A stretch of 64,000 nt of DNA from Candidatus Uhrbacteria bacterium (GCA_018673485.1 JABHCP010000005.1:102-64101); one strand, 5' to 3'; positions 21,128-30,895 are shown, counted from the first letter of the stretch. Translations and numbers: made by a program. Notes: generated by a model from the sequence alone, not told the origin.

Positions 21128-21820
21128 ATGAAATTCGACATTATTACCTTATTTCCAGATGTGATTGAGCCTTATGCAAAGGCGTCGATTTTAGGGCGGG
21201 CGCAAGTGAAGAAGCTTATTAAAATTAGTGCGCATGATTTGCGTAAGTTTTCAAAAAATAAGCATAAGAGTGTTGATGACACACCTTACGGCGGGGGACC
21301 AGGTATGTTGATGACGGTTCAGCCGATTGATAGTGCAGTGCGTAAGGTGCGAAATAAGCTTGGTAAAAAGAAAACTCGAGTAATTCTTACAGCGGCAAAT
21401 GGAAAGATGTTCACGCAGTCAGATGCAAAGCGATTAGCAAAGTTCGAGCAGTTGATTTTTGTGTGCGGTCGGTATGAGGGGATCGATCATCGTGTTGAGG
21501 AGGCAGTTGCGGACGAGGTTTTTTCTGTTGGGGAGTATGTGCTGACTGGTGGTGAGTTGCCAGCTCTAATAATGACTGACGCTATCGCTCGGAATGTGCC
21601 GGGAGTTTTAGGTGAAGAAGCATCACTCGAGTCTGAGTCATATAATCAAACAGGCGTACTTGAATATCCGCAGTACACAAAGCCTGAGATTTATAAGTTT
21701 AAAGAGGGGTTGGGGTCAAAGGAGCTGAAAGTGCCGAGCGTTTTATTATCAGGAAATCATGCCAAGATTGCACAGTGGCGCACGAAGCAGTCAGAGATTC
21801 GATCAGAGTCTACAAAATAG
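21128..21820 (+). CDS. trmD: tRNA (guanine37-N1)-methyltransferase
   Basis: FDIITLFPD, YGGGPGM, CGRYEGIDHRV, GEYVLTGGELPALIMTDAIAR. Confidence 0.9.
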   Translation: MKFDIITLFPDVIEPYAKASILGRAQVKKLIKISAHDLRKFSKNKHKSVDDTPYGGGPGMLMTVQPIDSAVRKVRNKLGKKKTRVILTAANGKMFTQSDAKRLAKFEQLIFVCGRYEGIDHRVEEAVADEVFSVGEYVLTGGELPALIMTDAIARNVPGVLGEEASLESESYNQTGVLEYPQYTKPEIYKFKEGLGSKELKVPSVLLSGNHAKIAQWRTKQSEIRSESTK

Positions 21821-21843
21821 AAAAATTATTAATAATAAAAAAT

Positions 21844-22065
21844 ATGCCAATACGACACAGAGGGCCTCAAGCAGCATCTGAAGGGCTAAGAATGCCTTCC
21901 CCTGAAAATACTAGCAATCCAGAGTTTGTTGATCCAGAGGATATGAAGCGCGCTGCGCTTACATATGGAGTGGATGAATCTCGTGATCCCGAAGTTGATG
22001 AGATGAGAGAAGAGTCTGGAATCGAGTTTGACGATTCGGGCGGCGAACTTCCACCAGTTGATTAA
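21844..22065 (+). CDS. small acidic hypothetical protein
   Basis: ORF after trmD; start moved to the ATG at 21844 (the ORF-track start overlaps trmD). Confidence 0.35.
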   Translation: MPIRHRGPQAASEGLRMPSPENTSNPEFVDPEDMKRAALTYGVDESRDPEVDEMREESGIEFDDSGGELPPVD

Positions 22066-22090
22066 AGAAGAGTTGTTGTAGTAATAAAAA

Positions 22091-22112
22091 AACCGCCCGC
22101 GGGCGGTTTTTT
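22091..22112. terminator. bidirectional terminator aaccgcccgcgggcggtt + T-run
   Basis: Perfect 8-bp GC stem flanked by A/T runs. Confidence 0.7.
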
Positions 22113-22341
22113 AGCAAGTCTCTTGATTTGCTTGTTGCACTTGAGCCTTTATGTTCACCTCTTCTATTTGTTTGAGGTGCGCTTCAATTTTCTTTTCAGT
22201 CATCGTGAGCCTGCGCTCGATTGTTGCTCGTTCTTTATTGGTCTTATCAAGTTTTTGTTGCAAATCGCTGTATTCTTTTTCAATCTTTTTGAGCTGAGTG
22301 CTTATTTCCTTTTTTGACAAGGGTTTATTCGTTGAAGTCAT
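22111..22341 (-). CDS. small coiled-coil protein, hypothetical
   Basis: 76 aa, heptad-rich (KKIEKEYSDLQQKLDK). Confidence 0.45.
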   Translation of the reverse strand: MTSTNKPLSKKEISTQLKKIEKEYSDLQQKLDKTNKERATIERRLTMTEKKIEAHLKQIEEVNIKAQVQQANQETC

Positions 22342-22391
22342 ATGTTTTTGTTATAATGTGTGTATTATAGCAAAATGTATTAGTAGTATCT

Positions 22392-23708
22392 ATGCCATCA
22401 GCAAAAGAAGGACAATCTAAGGAAAGGCAATTGGGCGTTTCTGAAGCTCGAGACCTTGCAAAGGAAAGGGGACGTAGAAACCAGGACATGGAACAGGTTC
22501 TGCATACGCACGATGCAGTAGAGGATCGTTTTCAGAAGACCACAGAAAAAGTGCAACACACAAGGGGCCGTATTGAGAAATTGCAATTTGCTCTTCATAA
22601 TTTGGCATCATCTACAAAAGAAGCAGAGCGCGCTTCAGGCAAGTCATTTTTTGATGGGAAAACTCTTCAAGAAAACGTGAATAAGGCCCTGTCTGATTTA
22701 TCACGACTGCAGTATGTTTTACAGGATGGACGTAGTAATTTGATGCATGCTCGGGCCCAGTTGCTTGATTTACAGCTGCAGATTGAGCCTTTTAATGAAG
22801 TTCGCGAAGAGGTTGTTTCTGTTTTAGAAAAAGGAATTTCTGACTTGGAGCAAACAATTCGCGAGAAGGCTGGGGACTTACCTGAGCAATTGCGCGGTGT
22901 GCAAGATGAATTAGATCAACATTATACAACGCTGCAGGAACAGATGAGTGGTATAACGGAGCAGTTTGCAGAGTTGTTTCCAGATACGGTTGCAATTGAT
23001 CCTGGAGCGCAGAACGGAGAATTCCTTATCACGGAACCTGAGATACAGACAAGAAAAGAACAGATAGGAATAAGAATGGGGCGGGATAGAGCCAATGTGC
23101 GTGAGAAACAGAGAGGGCTGGAAAAATCAGAAAGCTCATTAGGTCGCCAAAAGGAGATTAGGATTGGGGAAGAGCGAAAATTTTATTCACGTGAGCAAAT
23201 TTTTAAGGGAGTTGCCGCTAAAGAGGTACAGGATGCGATGGGCGCCATACAACAAGAGTGGGAGCTGCATGATCGACAGCGACCTTTTATTCTCAAGCGA
23301 TTGTTCCGTGGAGAAAACGATTGGCAACAGCGCGGAAAGTATCTCGAGGGGCAGATGGAAGGATTACAGAGGCAGTTGAAGAAGGTACAGAGTTGGCAAA
23401 GGGAGGAGAAAGATCTTCATCCTCGTGATGTCGCATATCAAGATGGTATAAAGGAAGAGATTGCTGCGATTCAGGTTTTTGTACAAAATTGCGAGGGGCT
23501 TATCAAGAAAATGGATGAGGCTCATTCACTTGATCAGGCATATCGCGAGTTGAGAGAAAGAAGAGATTTATTGGAGAATAGACTGGAATCTAGTGTGGGG
23601 TATGATAAGAATAAAATGCAGGATTTGCAGAGTGCATTAGAGCTTGCCAGAAAGCCAGACATTGACCATCCATCACTTAGTGGGTTGCTACATAAATTAG
23701 AGAATTAG
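22392..23708 (+). CDS. coiled-coil protein, hypothetical
   Basis: 438 aa; no catalytic motifs recognised. Confidence 0.55.
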   Translation: MPSAKEGQSKERQLGVSEARDLAKERGRRNQDMEQVLHTHDAVEDRFQKTTEKVQHTRGRIEKLQFALHNLASSTKEAERASGKSFFDGKTLQENVNKALSDLSRLQYVLQDGRSNLMHARAQLLDLQLQIEPFNEVREEVVSVLEKGISDLEQTIREKAGDLPEQLRGVQDELDQHYTTLQEQMSGITEQFAELFPDTVAIDPGAQNGEFLITEPEIQTRKEQIGIRMGRDRANVREKQRGLEKSESSLGRQKEIRIGEERKFYSREQIFKGVAAKEVQDAMGAIQQEWELHDRQRPFILKRLFRGENDWQQRGKYLEGQMEGLQRQLKKVQSWQREEKDLHPRDVAYQDGIKEEIAAIQVFVQNCEGLIKKMDEAHSLDQAYRELRERRDLLENRLESSVGYDKNKMQDLQSALELARKPDIDHPSLSGLLHKLEN

Positions 23709-23732
23709 AAGAAAGATACTTCAATCAAAAAA

Positions 23733-23754
23733 AACGCCCGAGGGCGTTTTTTTA
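23733..23754. terminator. bidirectional terminator aacgcccgagggcgtt + T-run
   Basis: Hairpin between convergent genes. Confidence 0.7.
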
Positions 23755-23765
23755 GTTTTTCGATG

Positions 23766-24347
23766 TTACTCAGCTGTTTTTTCAGCAGGAGTTTCCTCTG
23801 TAGGTTTTTCCTCGATCTTAGCTGGAGTTTCTTCCTTTGCGTCAGCGGCAGGTGTTTCCTCAGCTGGAGTTTCAGCAACCTCTTTAACCTCTTCTTTAAC
23901 CTCTACAAACTCTTTCACCTTTTCTGCCTCTTCTACCTTTTTTGCTTCTGCAGCTTCTTTTTCTTCTTTTGCTTTTGCAGCTTCTGCTTCTTTAGCAGCT
24001 TTTTTTGCTTCCTTAGCCTCTGCATCCTTTTCTTCCTTTGCGACCTTCTTTTCTGCTAGCTTAGCTGTTCGCTTCTTACTAATTGTCACAACACCTTCTT
24101 TTTCTGCCTTGATAATCTCGGCATTTATGAGCATATTATGTACTGTAGCAGATGGCTTAGCACCAACTGATATCCAGTACTTAATTCGTTCACCTTCAAG
24201 AACGATATTGTTCTCTTTGGCTCGTGGATTATAATGACCAAGAATTTCCTTAGCAGGAGACCATGGATCGCGGTGATTTTCCTGAAGAACAACACGATAT
24301 TGTGGTTGTTTCTTCTTTCCAGTTCGTGATAGTCGAATTGTCAGCAT
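23766..24347 (-). CDS. rpsP: 30S ribosomal protein bS16 with KE/A-rich C-terminal extension
   Basis: MLTIRLSRTGKKKQPQYRVV...HYNP; a long low-complexity tail. Confidence 0.9.
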   Translation of the reverse strand: MLTIRLSRTGKKKQPQYRVVLQENHRDPWSPAKEILGHYNPRAKENNIVLEGERIKYWISVGAKPSATVHNMLINAEIIKAEKEGVVTISKKRTAKLAEKKVAKEEKDAEAKEAKKAAKEAEAAKAKEEKEAAEAKKVEEAEKVKEFVEVKEEVKEVAETPAEETPAADAKEETPAKIEEKPTEETPAEKTAE

Positions 24348-24394
24348 AGAAATGTTTAAAATGTCTAAATGTTTAAGTTGTTGATTACGGCGGT

Positions 24395-24423
24395 ATATTA
24401 GCTATATATCAAAAGTTTGTCAA
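24395..24423 (-). promoter_or_regulatory. rpsP promoter TTGACA-17-TAATAT
   Basis: Minus-strand reading ttgacaaacttttgatatatagctaatat. Confidence 0.5.
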
Positions 24424-24510
24424 TACCTGTCAGGGCATCTGGAAGTTTGTGCGCCCGCCGTAGCTTCGATAGAAGCGAAGGAGGGTCAAGCCCTGTCGGG
24501 GCAAATTGAT

Positions 24511-24661
24511 TAAGATGTTTAAAATGTTGAAATTGTTTATGTTGATTTTCACTACAATCATTCAGATCGACACAATAAACACTTTAAACAATTTCATCAC
24601 TTTAAACCTTTTTCAGAAAGCAATACGCGCCCGGGAGGTGGAGTTCCACTTCTCGGGCGCG
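24511..24661. repeat. 3'-flank repeat module R4: AT-rich TGTTTAAA-type repeats plus GC hairpin terminator
   Basis: Partial homology to the modules at 53140-53258 and 57575-57693. The hairpin cgcgcccggg...cccgggcgcg at 24627-24661 terminates the minus-strand gene 24684-26258. Confidence 0.55.
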
Positions 24662-24683
24662 TTAGGCGTATGGGGCGGTTGGG

Positions 24684-26258
24684 TTACCGGCGGAAGGCCT
24701 TGGGGCCTGCCTTTTCGACCTTGGCGTGCTCGGCCTCCAGGATCTCGAGCTCGCCCTGCAGGTGCGAGCGTTCGGTCTTGAGCTCGGAGATGAGCTCGCG
24801 GGCCGCCTGCTTGTCCTCCTCGTCCATGTGGGCCATGGAGCCGCCCAGGCTGCTGATCTTGCCCGGGATCTCGTCCAAGCGGAACTGCCTGGCCAAGACT
24901 TGCTCCACGAGCAGACCGATCTTGGCGTCGAAGGCGGCCTGGGCCTTGGCATTGCGCTCCTGGCGTGCGGCCTGGGCGCGTGCGGCTGCGCGGCTGCGCT
25001 TGTTGCCGCTGGGCTTGGCCGTGGGGTTGGGGTACTGCGGACCTCGCTGCTGCGACTGGCCGGGGCGACGGATGTTGCCCTGGTTCTGACGCGGCCGCGG
25101 GTTGTGCTCACGGTCGGGCCGGATCTCGAAGCCCAAGATGCCCGCGAGGGCCTCCTGGAGCGTGATCGAGACCATCATGCCCTGCTCGATGAGCTTGCTG
25201 GTGCAGCTCGTACCGAAGCCGTAGGCGCTCTGTCCCTTGACGATGGCACCCATCGCCTTCCAGTTGCCCTTGCCGTCGGGGCAGTCGCAGAGCTCGGGGG
25301 CGTTGGCGTGCACGACGCAGATGGTGCGACCATCATCGGTCTTGCGACCGAAGTTGACGCGCTCACCGGCCAAGATAGCCTGCGCGAGCTCGAGGATGGT
25401 GCTGAAGCCATTGCGCTCCGGCTCAGGCTCGGGCTCGGGGGCCTCGGCTTCGCGCTCCGGCTCGGGCTCGGGGGCCTCGTTGTTGCGGCACTGGTCGGCG
25501 GTCTTCACGCCGCGCGCGATCTTGAGCGCGTCGGCAAAGGAGAAGGTCTCGAACTCCAGGTCTTCGACCTGGTCCAAGCACTTCTGGCAGAAGCAGGCAG
25601 CGAAGCGGCCGTTGACGATTCCACGCATCTCCTGCGCGGTACCGCTCGTGCCGCACCCGCAGGTGCACCAGTTCATGAACACATCGCCGACCTTCTCAAC
25701 CCGGTGTTTGCCGATCTTCTGACCCTCGATGAAGGCCTTGACCAGGCGCTGGGCCTTGGACACGGACTCCTGGGCCTGCTTGGCACCCAGGGTCTTGGCC
25801 TCGACCGTCTCCATCATCAGAGTGACGGGCTGGTCGTTGTTATCCGTGACGGTCAGGACTTCCTTGCCGTCATCGAACTCACCGGTGCCCCAGCAGACCT
25901 CCATGGACTCACGGCAGCCGTCGCAGATTCGGGTGTTGTCATCGAGTCCTTCGGGCAGGTTGACCAGAGCCAGGAGCAAGTCCGGGTTGGTCTGCGCGAT
26001 GACGCGGGCGAACAGCGTCGCGACACCCTCGAAGGTGCCGTTGATCTGCGGGTTCGGCACGTAACCCAGGTGCTCGGGGACCATGGTCCCGCATAGCACG
26101 CACGGTTCGGCCTTCTTCATGTGCGCCGCGCCCGTGCGGCACTTGCCGCTCTTGCGGATCGGCTTGCCGTGGGTTTCGCAGCGCTGGCCCGCGCTTCCGA
26201 CGCAGTCGTAGCTGGTGGTGGGGAGCAGGGGGTGGGTGGTGGTCAGGGAGAGGGACAT
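24684..26258 (-). CDS. Cys-rich hypothetical protein (high-GC islet, ~63% GC) with EAPEPEPE acidic repeats
   Basis: Long ORF with GC3-rich codons. Start at MSLSLTT with a GGAGG Shine-Dalgarno. The overlapping plus-strand ORFs are treated as GC artefacts. Confidence 0.6.
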   Translation of the reverse strand: MSLSLTTTHPLLPTTSYDCVGSAGQRCETHGKPIRKSGKCRTGAAHMKKAEPCVLCGTMVPEHLGYVPNPQINGTFEGVATLFARVIAQTNPDLLLALVNLPEGLDDNTRICDGCRESMEVCWGTGEFDDGKEVLTVTDNNDQPVTLMMETVEAKTLGAKQAQESVSKAQRLVKAFIEGQKIGKHRVEKVGDVFMNWCTCGCGTSGTAQEMRGIVNGRFAACFCQKCLDQVEDLEFETFSFADALKIARGVKTADQCRNNEAPEPEPEREAEAPEPEPEPERNGFSTILELAQAILAGERVNFGRKTDDGRTICVVHANAPELCDCPDGKGNWKAMGAIVKGQSAYGFGTSCTSKLIEQGMMVSITLQEALAGILGFEIRPDREHNPRPRQNQGNIRRPGQSQQRGPQYPNPTAKPSGNKRSRAAARAQAARQERNAKAQAAFDAKIGLLVEQVLARQFRLDEIPGKISSLGGSMAHMDEEDKQAARELISELKTERSHLQGELEILEAEHAKVEKAGPKAFRR

Positions 26259-26353
26259 GGTGCCTCCAAGTCGCAAGTTTTTGACTTATAGAGGTTTTTC
26301 AGACGTTGCGCGGATCACACAACGGTTGCGTCCCAAAGCGGACGAAACAGGGA

Positions 26354-26382
26354 AAGTTAGCATAAAATGAAGCCTTTGTCAA
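26354..26382 (-). promoter_or_regulatory. promoter TTGACA-17-TAACTT (extended TGC)
   Basis: Minus-strand reading ttgacaaaggcttcattttatgctaactt. Confidence 0.5.
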
Positions 26383-26455
26383 GATTGGTGGCCAATATTA
26401 GTCATCATTTTCGCCATTTGACCCAACTTAATCATTCTTATAAAATTATTTTTAT

Positions 26456-27505
26456 ATGATCCATCAGTGGAAGATAAAATATCAAGATTCAGATTTTCTA
26501 GTTCATGAGGTTTCCTTGCAGCCTGAATATAAAAAGATAAGTGAGTCCACCTATTCATATATTTGGGTTACAAAGAGAGGGTATACAACATTTGAGGTTA
26601 TAGATTTGATTGGTGAATTTTTAGAAATTGATAGGCATGAAGTGGCAGTGCAGGGATTGAAAGATGAAGACGGTATCACATCCCAACTCATGTCAGTGAA
26701 GGTTATTTTGGAAGAGTCAGATATTGCCAGATTTAATAAAAGAGCTGGCGGTGGTTCCAGATGGGTACGCATTGATCGTGTTAATGGGTTTGGCGACAAG
26801 CATGTTCAAGCAAAAAAATTGCATGGCAATGTATTTACAATTACCTTGCGAAATTTCAAGCAGCAGCCCGCAGAAAATTTAGAAAAACATCTGGCAGCTA
26901 ATAAGAATTTCACCTATATTAATTATTATGACAATCAGAGGTTTGGATTGCCGGGCGGCCCCTATGTGACGCATTTGATTGGAAAGGAGATAGTCGAAGG
27001 TAATTGGAAGGGGGCCTTTGAATATTATGTACAGTCAGGAAATCATAAAAATGAACAGGATGTACATGGTCGGTTAAAGATTGTTGGCGGGTATGAGAGT
27101 TTCTTTAGATCATTAGATAGACGAAAAGTTAAGTTCTTCATTTCGGCTCATAACAGCATGTTGTGGAATTTGGCTGTGTCCTCCATGTTGATGGAAACGG
27201 GTGTAGGAGCTTTAAAAAAGTTTGAACACATTGGTGCTCTTGCAGTTCCTATCTGTTCAAAGCAGGCGCTGCCCAGTCTTTGTTCTTGCAAGGGGTTTGA
27301 GTATGACGAGGGTTACAATTCAGTCATCTCTCAGCCAATAAATAGAAGTGTCATTGGGACGACAAAATTATTCTTTTTAGATTCTTCAGATGATGAATTG
27401 CACCCAGGTATGAAAAAAGTGGTGTTGTCCTTTATGCTACCGACTGGCTCGTACGCAACGATGGTTATTAAACAGCTTATGGAGTACGTTGATAGCCAAG
27501 GTTAA
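26456..27505 (+). CDS. truD: tRNA pseudouridine(13) synthase TruD
   Basis: YINYYDNQRFG matches the TruD/Pus7 NYFGxQRFG motif; length 349 aa. Confidence 0.8.
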   Translation: MIHQWKIKYQDSDFLVHEVSLQPEYKKISESTYSYIWVTKRGYTTFEVIDLIGEFLEIDRHEVAVQGLKDEDGITSQLMSVKVILEESDIARFNKRAGGGSRWVRIDRVNGFGDKHVQAKKLHGNVFTITLRNFKQQPAENLEKHLAANKNFTYINYYDNQRFGLPGGPYVTHLIGKEIVEGNWKGAFEYYVQSGNHKNEQDVHGRLKIVGGYESFFRSLDRRKVKFFISAHNSMLWNLAVSSMLMETGVGALKKFEHIGALAVPICSKQALPSLCSCKGFEYDEGYNSVISQPINRSVIGTTKLFFLDSSDDELHPGMKKVVLSFMLPTGSYATMVIKQLMEYVDSQG

Positions 27506-27556
27506 GAATTTCAAAAGAGACCTTTGGCAAAGATTTAATATTAATGATTATCAAAA

Positions 27557-27585
27557 CAAGGCACCCTAATGAATGGGGTGCCTTG
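27557..27585. terminator. terminator hairpin caaggcaccc...ggggtgccttg
   Basis: 10-bp stem downstream of truD. Confidence 0.6.
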
Positions 27586-27836
27586 TAAACTTATGATTAA
27601 TGAATATGCAAGCCCTCTTGTTGAATTGGGGCAGGTGAAGCATGTTGCGCATAGGTTAGCTGTTGCCAAAGTATACGCTATTTATTCCACTTTAGATACC
27701 GCCGAGCCTTTAGTTTAAACCCTCCTTTCTGCTAGCAAAATTTCCGTGCCGGAGCTTTTGTTATGCGGAATTTATAACAAATCAGACTCTTTAATTGAGT
27801 AGCCATTGACTGACATTTTCGTCATAAAGCTATTAA

Positions 27837-27865
27837 ATTGTATATTGGATAAATAGGGATGTCAA
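27837..27865 (-). promoter_or_regulatory. orphan promoter TTGACA-17-TACAAT pointing into an ORF-less region
   Basis: Minus-strand reading ttgacatccctatttatccaatatacaat. No ORF of 60 aa or more lies between it and the truD terminator. Confidence 0.45.
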
Positions 27866-27902
27866 AGAAGTTTTTGAGAAAAGTTAAGATTTTTTAATGC
27901 CA

Positions 27903-27928
27903 AAAAGCGGGGTTTGTAACCCCGCTCA
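27903..27928 (-). terminator. terminator agcggggtttgtaaccccgct
   Basis: Hairpin plus A/T run, downstream of the gene at 27944. Confidence 0.55.
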
Positions 27929-27943
27929 AGTCCGTGTAGATGG

Positions 27944-28201
27944 TCATTTCTTGACATGACCCCTGATTCGCACCTTACCCCCAATGATTTTGTGGGCAGG
28001 TCTGTTGTGGTACCTTGCAGCTCTGGCAAATTCAATGCCACATTTTGGGCATTTCATATCACCGCGGGTTGCGTCCCTCATAATGCCGCTCACATAGCAC
28101 TTTACAAGCTTTCCGGGACCCTCCTTGCGATATCGATACAGGAATGTCTGGCAGCTTGCGCAGTAAATGTCGATAGTATAGATCCGTTTTTTTCTTGCCA
28201 T
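27944..28201 (-). CDS. small zinc-ribbon protein (two CxxC pairs)
   Basis: CASCQ...CPKCG; 85 aa, basic. Confidence 0.5.
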   Translation of the reverse strand: MARKKRIYTIDIYCASCQTFLYRYRKEGPGKLVKCYVSGIMRDATRGDMKCPKCGIEFARAARYHNRPAHKIIGGKVRIRGHVKK

Positions 28202-28203
28202 AC

Positions 28204-29355
28204 TTACCTCTGGTAGTTAGGCGTGATTGCTCCTACGGGACACATTCCAGCACAGGCGTTGCATGAGATGCACTTGTCTGAGATGGAAGCTGTCTTCCCG
28301 GATTTGCCGGGGACGATCGACATGGCTCCAAACAGACAGGCAGTCTCACATCTGCCGCAGCCAGTGCAGCGTGCAGTCTGAACAGTTGGTGATTTCCCAG
28401 CAAAGCAGTGGCTATTCGCCAGACTTTGCGTGAGGCCCACGAACTCGGAGAGATCATGGAGACCCCACTCGTTTTCTTGAAGGAAATCGCGCAAACCATT
28501 CGTGATGACGCGAAGTGAGCTTGGGCCGTGCAATGCTGGATACGTATAGAGCTGAACTGCTGAGGCGCCTGCCATAAGCATCTGCAATACATCGTCAGAA
28601 GAGCAAATGCCACCGACGCCTACGGTCGGAATGTCGACAGCTCGAGCAATTTCGTACACGCAACGAAGTGCGATGGGGAATATTGCTTTTCCAGAGAGGC
28701 CTCCTGCGCCGCCCTGTGTTCCGAGCTTTGGATATCCCGTCCCGGTGTCAATTAGTAACCCTGGCCCAATTGAGTTTGTGCACACGATCGCGTCTGCTCC
28801 ATGCCTCTCTGCGTGCCGTGCCATACCAACTACAAATGGGGAATAGGATAGCTTAACCCAGATAGGGGTTTTTGTAGCTGGCCTTATCACGGCCATACTA
28901 CTGGCCAAATGGTCGAAATCTACATTAAGGTTACCATGAAGCGCACCAGAGTGAGAGCATGAGAAGTTGATTTCATAGGCATCCACGCCAATTTGATCAA
29001 ATTCACGAATCATCTGAACGCAGCCTTCAGGGTCTCTGGCGCTCAAGGATACAATGATGGGGCCCCCAGTGTCCTTTACTTGTCGGACCCATTGATCGCG
29101 CCAGTTATCCCAGCCGAATTCATTACCCCACTCGCAGTTGAGCATGGAGTCTTCGCCAGGAATGATCGCGTATCTGGGAACTGGAACCCGTTTTCGTTCA
29201 TCTGGAACGATTTTTTTGAGTGATCGCGTCACGATCGCCGAGCATCCATGAGGAATAGCCTCCATGAAGAAGCTGGGCGTTTCCGTGATGTACCCCGAAG
29301 CAAGAATGATCGGAGTATTGAAGCTGATACCGTTAACCTGAACGCTGAGGTTCAT
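28204..29355 (-). CDS. dihydroorotate/dihydropyrimidine dehydrogenase-like protein with C-terminal 2x[4Fe-4S] ferredoxin domain (PreA-like)
   Basis: DHOD-family TIM-barrel motifs (ASG, GADAIV.TNS, GLSG, GVGGI). C-terminal CxxCxxCxxxC, twice. Confidence 0.75.
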   Translation of the reverse strand: MNLSVQVNGISFNTPIILASGYITETPSFFMEAIPHGCSAIVTRSLKKIVPDERKRVPVPRYAIIPGEDSMLNCEWGNEFGWDNWRDQWVRQVKDTGGPIIVSLSARDPEGCVQMIREFDQIGVDAYEINFSCSHSGALHGNLNVDFDHLASSMAVIRPATKTPIWVKLSYSPFVVGMARHAERHGADAIVCTNSIGPGLLIDTGTGYPKLGTQGGAGGLSGKAIFPIALRCVYEIARAVDIPTVGVGGICSSDDVLQMLMAGASAVQLYTYPALHGPSSLRVITNGLRDFLQENEWGLHDLSEFVGLTQSLANSHCFAGKSPTVQTARCTGCGRCETACLFGAMSIVPGKSGKTASISDKCISCNACAGMCPVGAITPNYQR

Positions 29356-29924
29356 TGCAGTCTCCTTGTGATTTTGGTTTCTAGATGCCCTAGTACACTT
29401 TGTGCAATCGTATTTTGATTACCTTCGGTAACAACGAAGATTCTGCTGAAAAGCTCAGAGCTTTTTTTGATCTGCTCAATTTCCTGTTCCGCATGGGACA
29501 TTCTTTTGGCGATCTTTTCTGCAGTTTCTGTTTTGCGAATATGACGCAGACGGTATTCAAGTAGCTCTATCGAATCTGGAATGATTGCAATGCGCACCAT
29601 TCTGTAAAAAAGGTGAGTAATTGCATCGATGTTGGCAATGTGCAGCTCTGTTAGGTAGGTTTGCCCTAGTACGATTCCGCTGACCATAAGGCCATAGTAT
29701 TCCCGGTAGACTTCTTGAATAGCCGCCAGGCGGCCTGCTTGTTCAAGTTGCTGGAATTCTTGCATTGTGACAGATAGGCGGTTCATTTCACGCTTACCTG
29801 GCCTTTTAGCACGAGTCGTTGCCCAGACTAATTCAGAGACTTGTGGAAAGGTTGCTAGGATTGCTTCCTTCACAAAATCTTTCCCAACCGCAGAAGGTCC
29901 AGTGATGGTGATTAGCATGTCCAC
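29352..29924 (-). CDS. guanylate kinase-like P-loop kinase
   Basis: ITGPSAVGKD Walker A; TTRAKRPGKRE resembles the Gmk TRxxRxGE motif. Confidence 0.65.
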   Translation of the reverse strand: MDMLITITGPSAVGKDFVKEAILATFPQVSELVWATTRAKRPGKREMNRLSVTMQEFQQLEQAGRLAAIQEVYREYYGLMVSGIVLGQTYLTELHIANIDAITHLFYRMVRIAIIPDSIELLEYRLRHIRKTETAEKIAKRMSHAEQEIEQIKKSSELFSRIFVVTEGNQNTIAQSVLGHLETKITRRLQ

Positions 29925-30086
29925 TCCTGTAAAGGGACGAAGGGATCTTATTAAACTGGATCATATGATAAGTTACCAAGATTTTTTTGTAGTGTCAATG
30001 GCGCCATAAGAAGAAAAATGATTTATATTTCAGATTTTGAATTAGCAGCTTTCTGTTATATGATTAAATGACTAAAATTTGTTTAT

Positions 30087-30596
30087 ATGAAAACACAATA
30101 TCCAATTGTAAATGAAAATGACGAAGTTATTGGCGAGATGGGGAAGAGAGAGGCCTATAAGGCAAAGCAGATGCTGCGGTCGTCTGTGATCTTCGTATTT
30201 AACAGCGGTGGAGAGCTATTCTTACAAAAGCGAGCAAAGGATAAGGATAGGTATCCCGGAGCATATTGCATGTCAGCAGCTGGACATGTTGAACCTAACG
30301 AGACATATGAACAAGCGGCAAAGCGCGAGCTTTTTGAAGAGCTTGGTTTAAAGGCTGAGTTAGTTGAAATATCACAAGAACGCGTTCCAGTTGGTCCGGG
30401 TGAATTTGCCATGTCTGCAGTGTTCACCTGTGTTTCTGATGATGAAATTGCATTACAAGAAGAGGAGGTTGAAAGTGGTGAATTTCATAAGATTGATGAT
30501 GTATTGGAGATGATCAGGGCGGGTAATTCTTTTACACCAAATATTGTTTATTTATTGCAAAAGTACGGTGATAAGTTGGTGGTTAGAAGAGGGTAA
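30087..30596 (+). CDS. Nudix hydrolase
   Basis: Nudix box GHVEPNETYEQAAKRELFEELGL. Confidence 0.85.
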   Translation: MKTQYPIVNENDEVIGEMGKREAYKAKQMLRSSVIFVFNSGGELFLQKRAKDKDRYPGAYCMSAAGHVEPNETYEQAAKRELFEELGLKAELVEISQERVPVGPGEFAMSAVFTCVSDDEIALQEEEVESGEFHKIDDVLEMIRAGNSFTPNIVYLLQKYGDKLVVRRG

Positions 30597-30634
30597 AGGG
30601 CTAACTTTGGCAATATTTTTAGTTAAACGACAAT

Positions 30635-30656
30635 CCCGCCCTCAGGAGAGGGCGGG
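30635..30656 (-). terminator. GC hairpin cccgccctc...gagggcggg
   Basis: 9-bp stem; A/T-rich on the minus-strand downstream side. Confidence 0.5.
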
Positions 30657-30676
30657 CGGGGCAGCAAACGGCGTTG

Positions 30677-30895
30677 CTACTCGGAGAAAATGTCCAGCTG
30701 ATGGCCTTGGTCGTTGCTCGGACGGATGGTGGAGTCATCGCAGCACAGGCCTTCTGGCGCCTGGTGTCGGGTAGAGCGTCCCATGATGTCGATGATGCCG
30801 TCGTCGGGTCTGGCGCTGACCAGGTGCCCTGCACTCACGAGTGCATTGCGGATTGGCCAGAACTCATTCTCTAGGGCAGTTTCTCGCGGGTTCAT
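30677..30895 (-). CDS. small hypothetical protein (high-GC islet)
   Basis: 72 aa; AGGAGG Shine-Dalgarno; promoter at 30936-30964. Confidence 0.4.
   Translation of the reverse strand: MNPRETALENEFWPIRNALVSAGHLVSARPDDGIIDIMGRSTRHQAPEGLCCDDSTIRPSNDQGHQLDIFSE

Noticed and set aside
23763-24059. Plus-strand 98-aa ORF opposite the rpsP tail
   Set aside because: It is the antisense of the KE-rich low-complexity rpsP extension (F/L/C-rich artefact).
24726-26096. Long plus-strand ORFs inside high-GC islets (also 8525-9133, 41802-42374, 3834-4337, 25237-25722)
   Set aside because: High GC suppresses stop codons on all frames. The minus-strand frames carry the Shine-Dalgarno sites, the promoters and protein-like composition. 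The plus-strand translations are Ala/Arg/Gly-rich and low-complexity.
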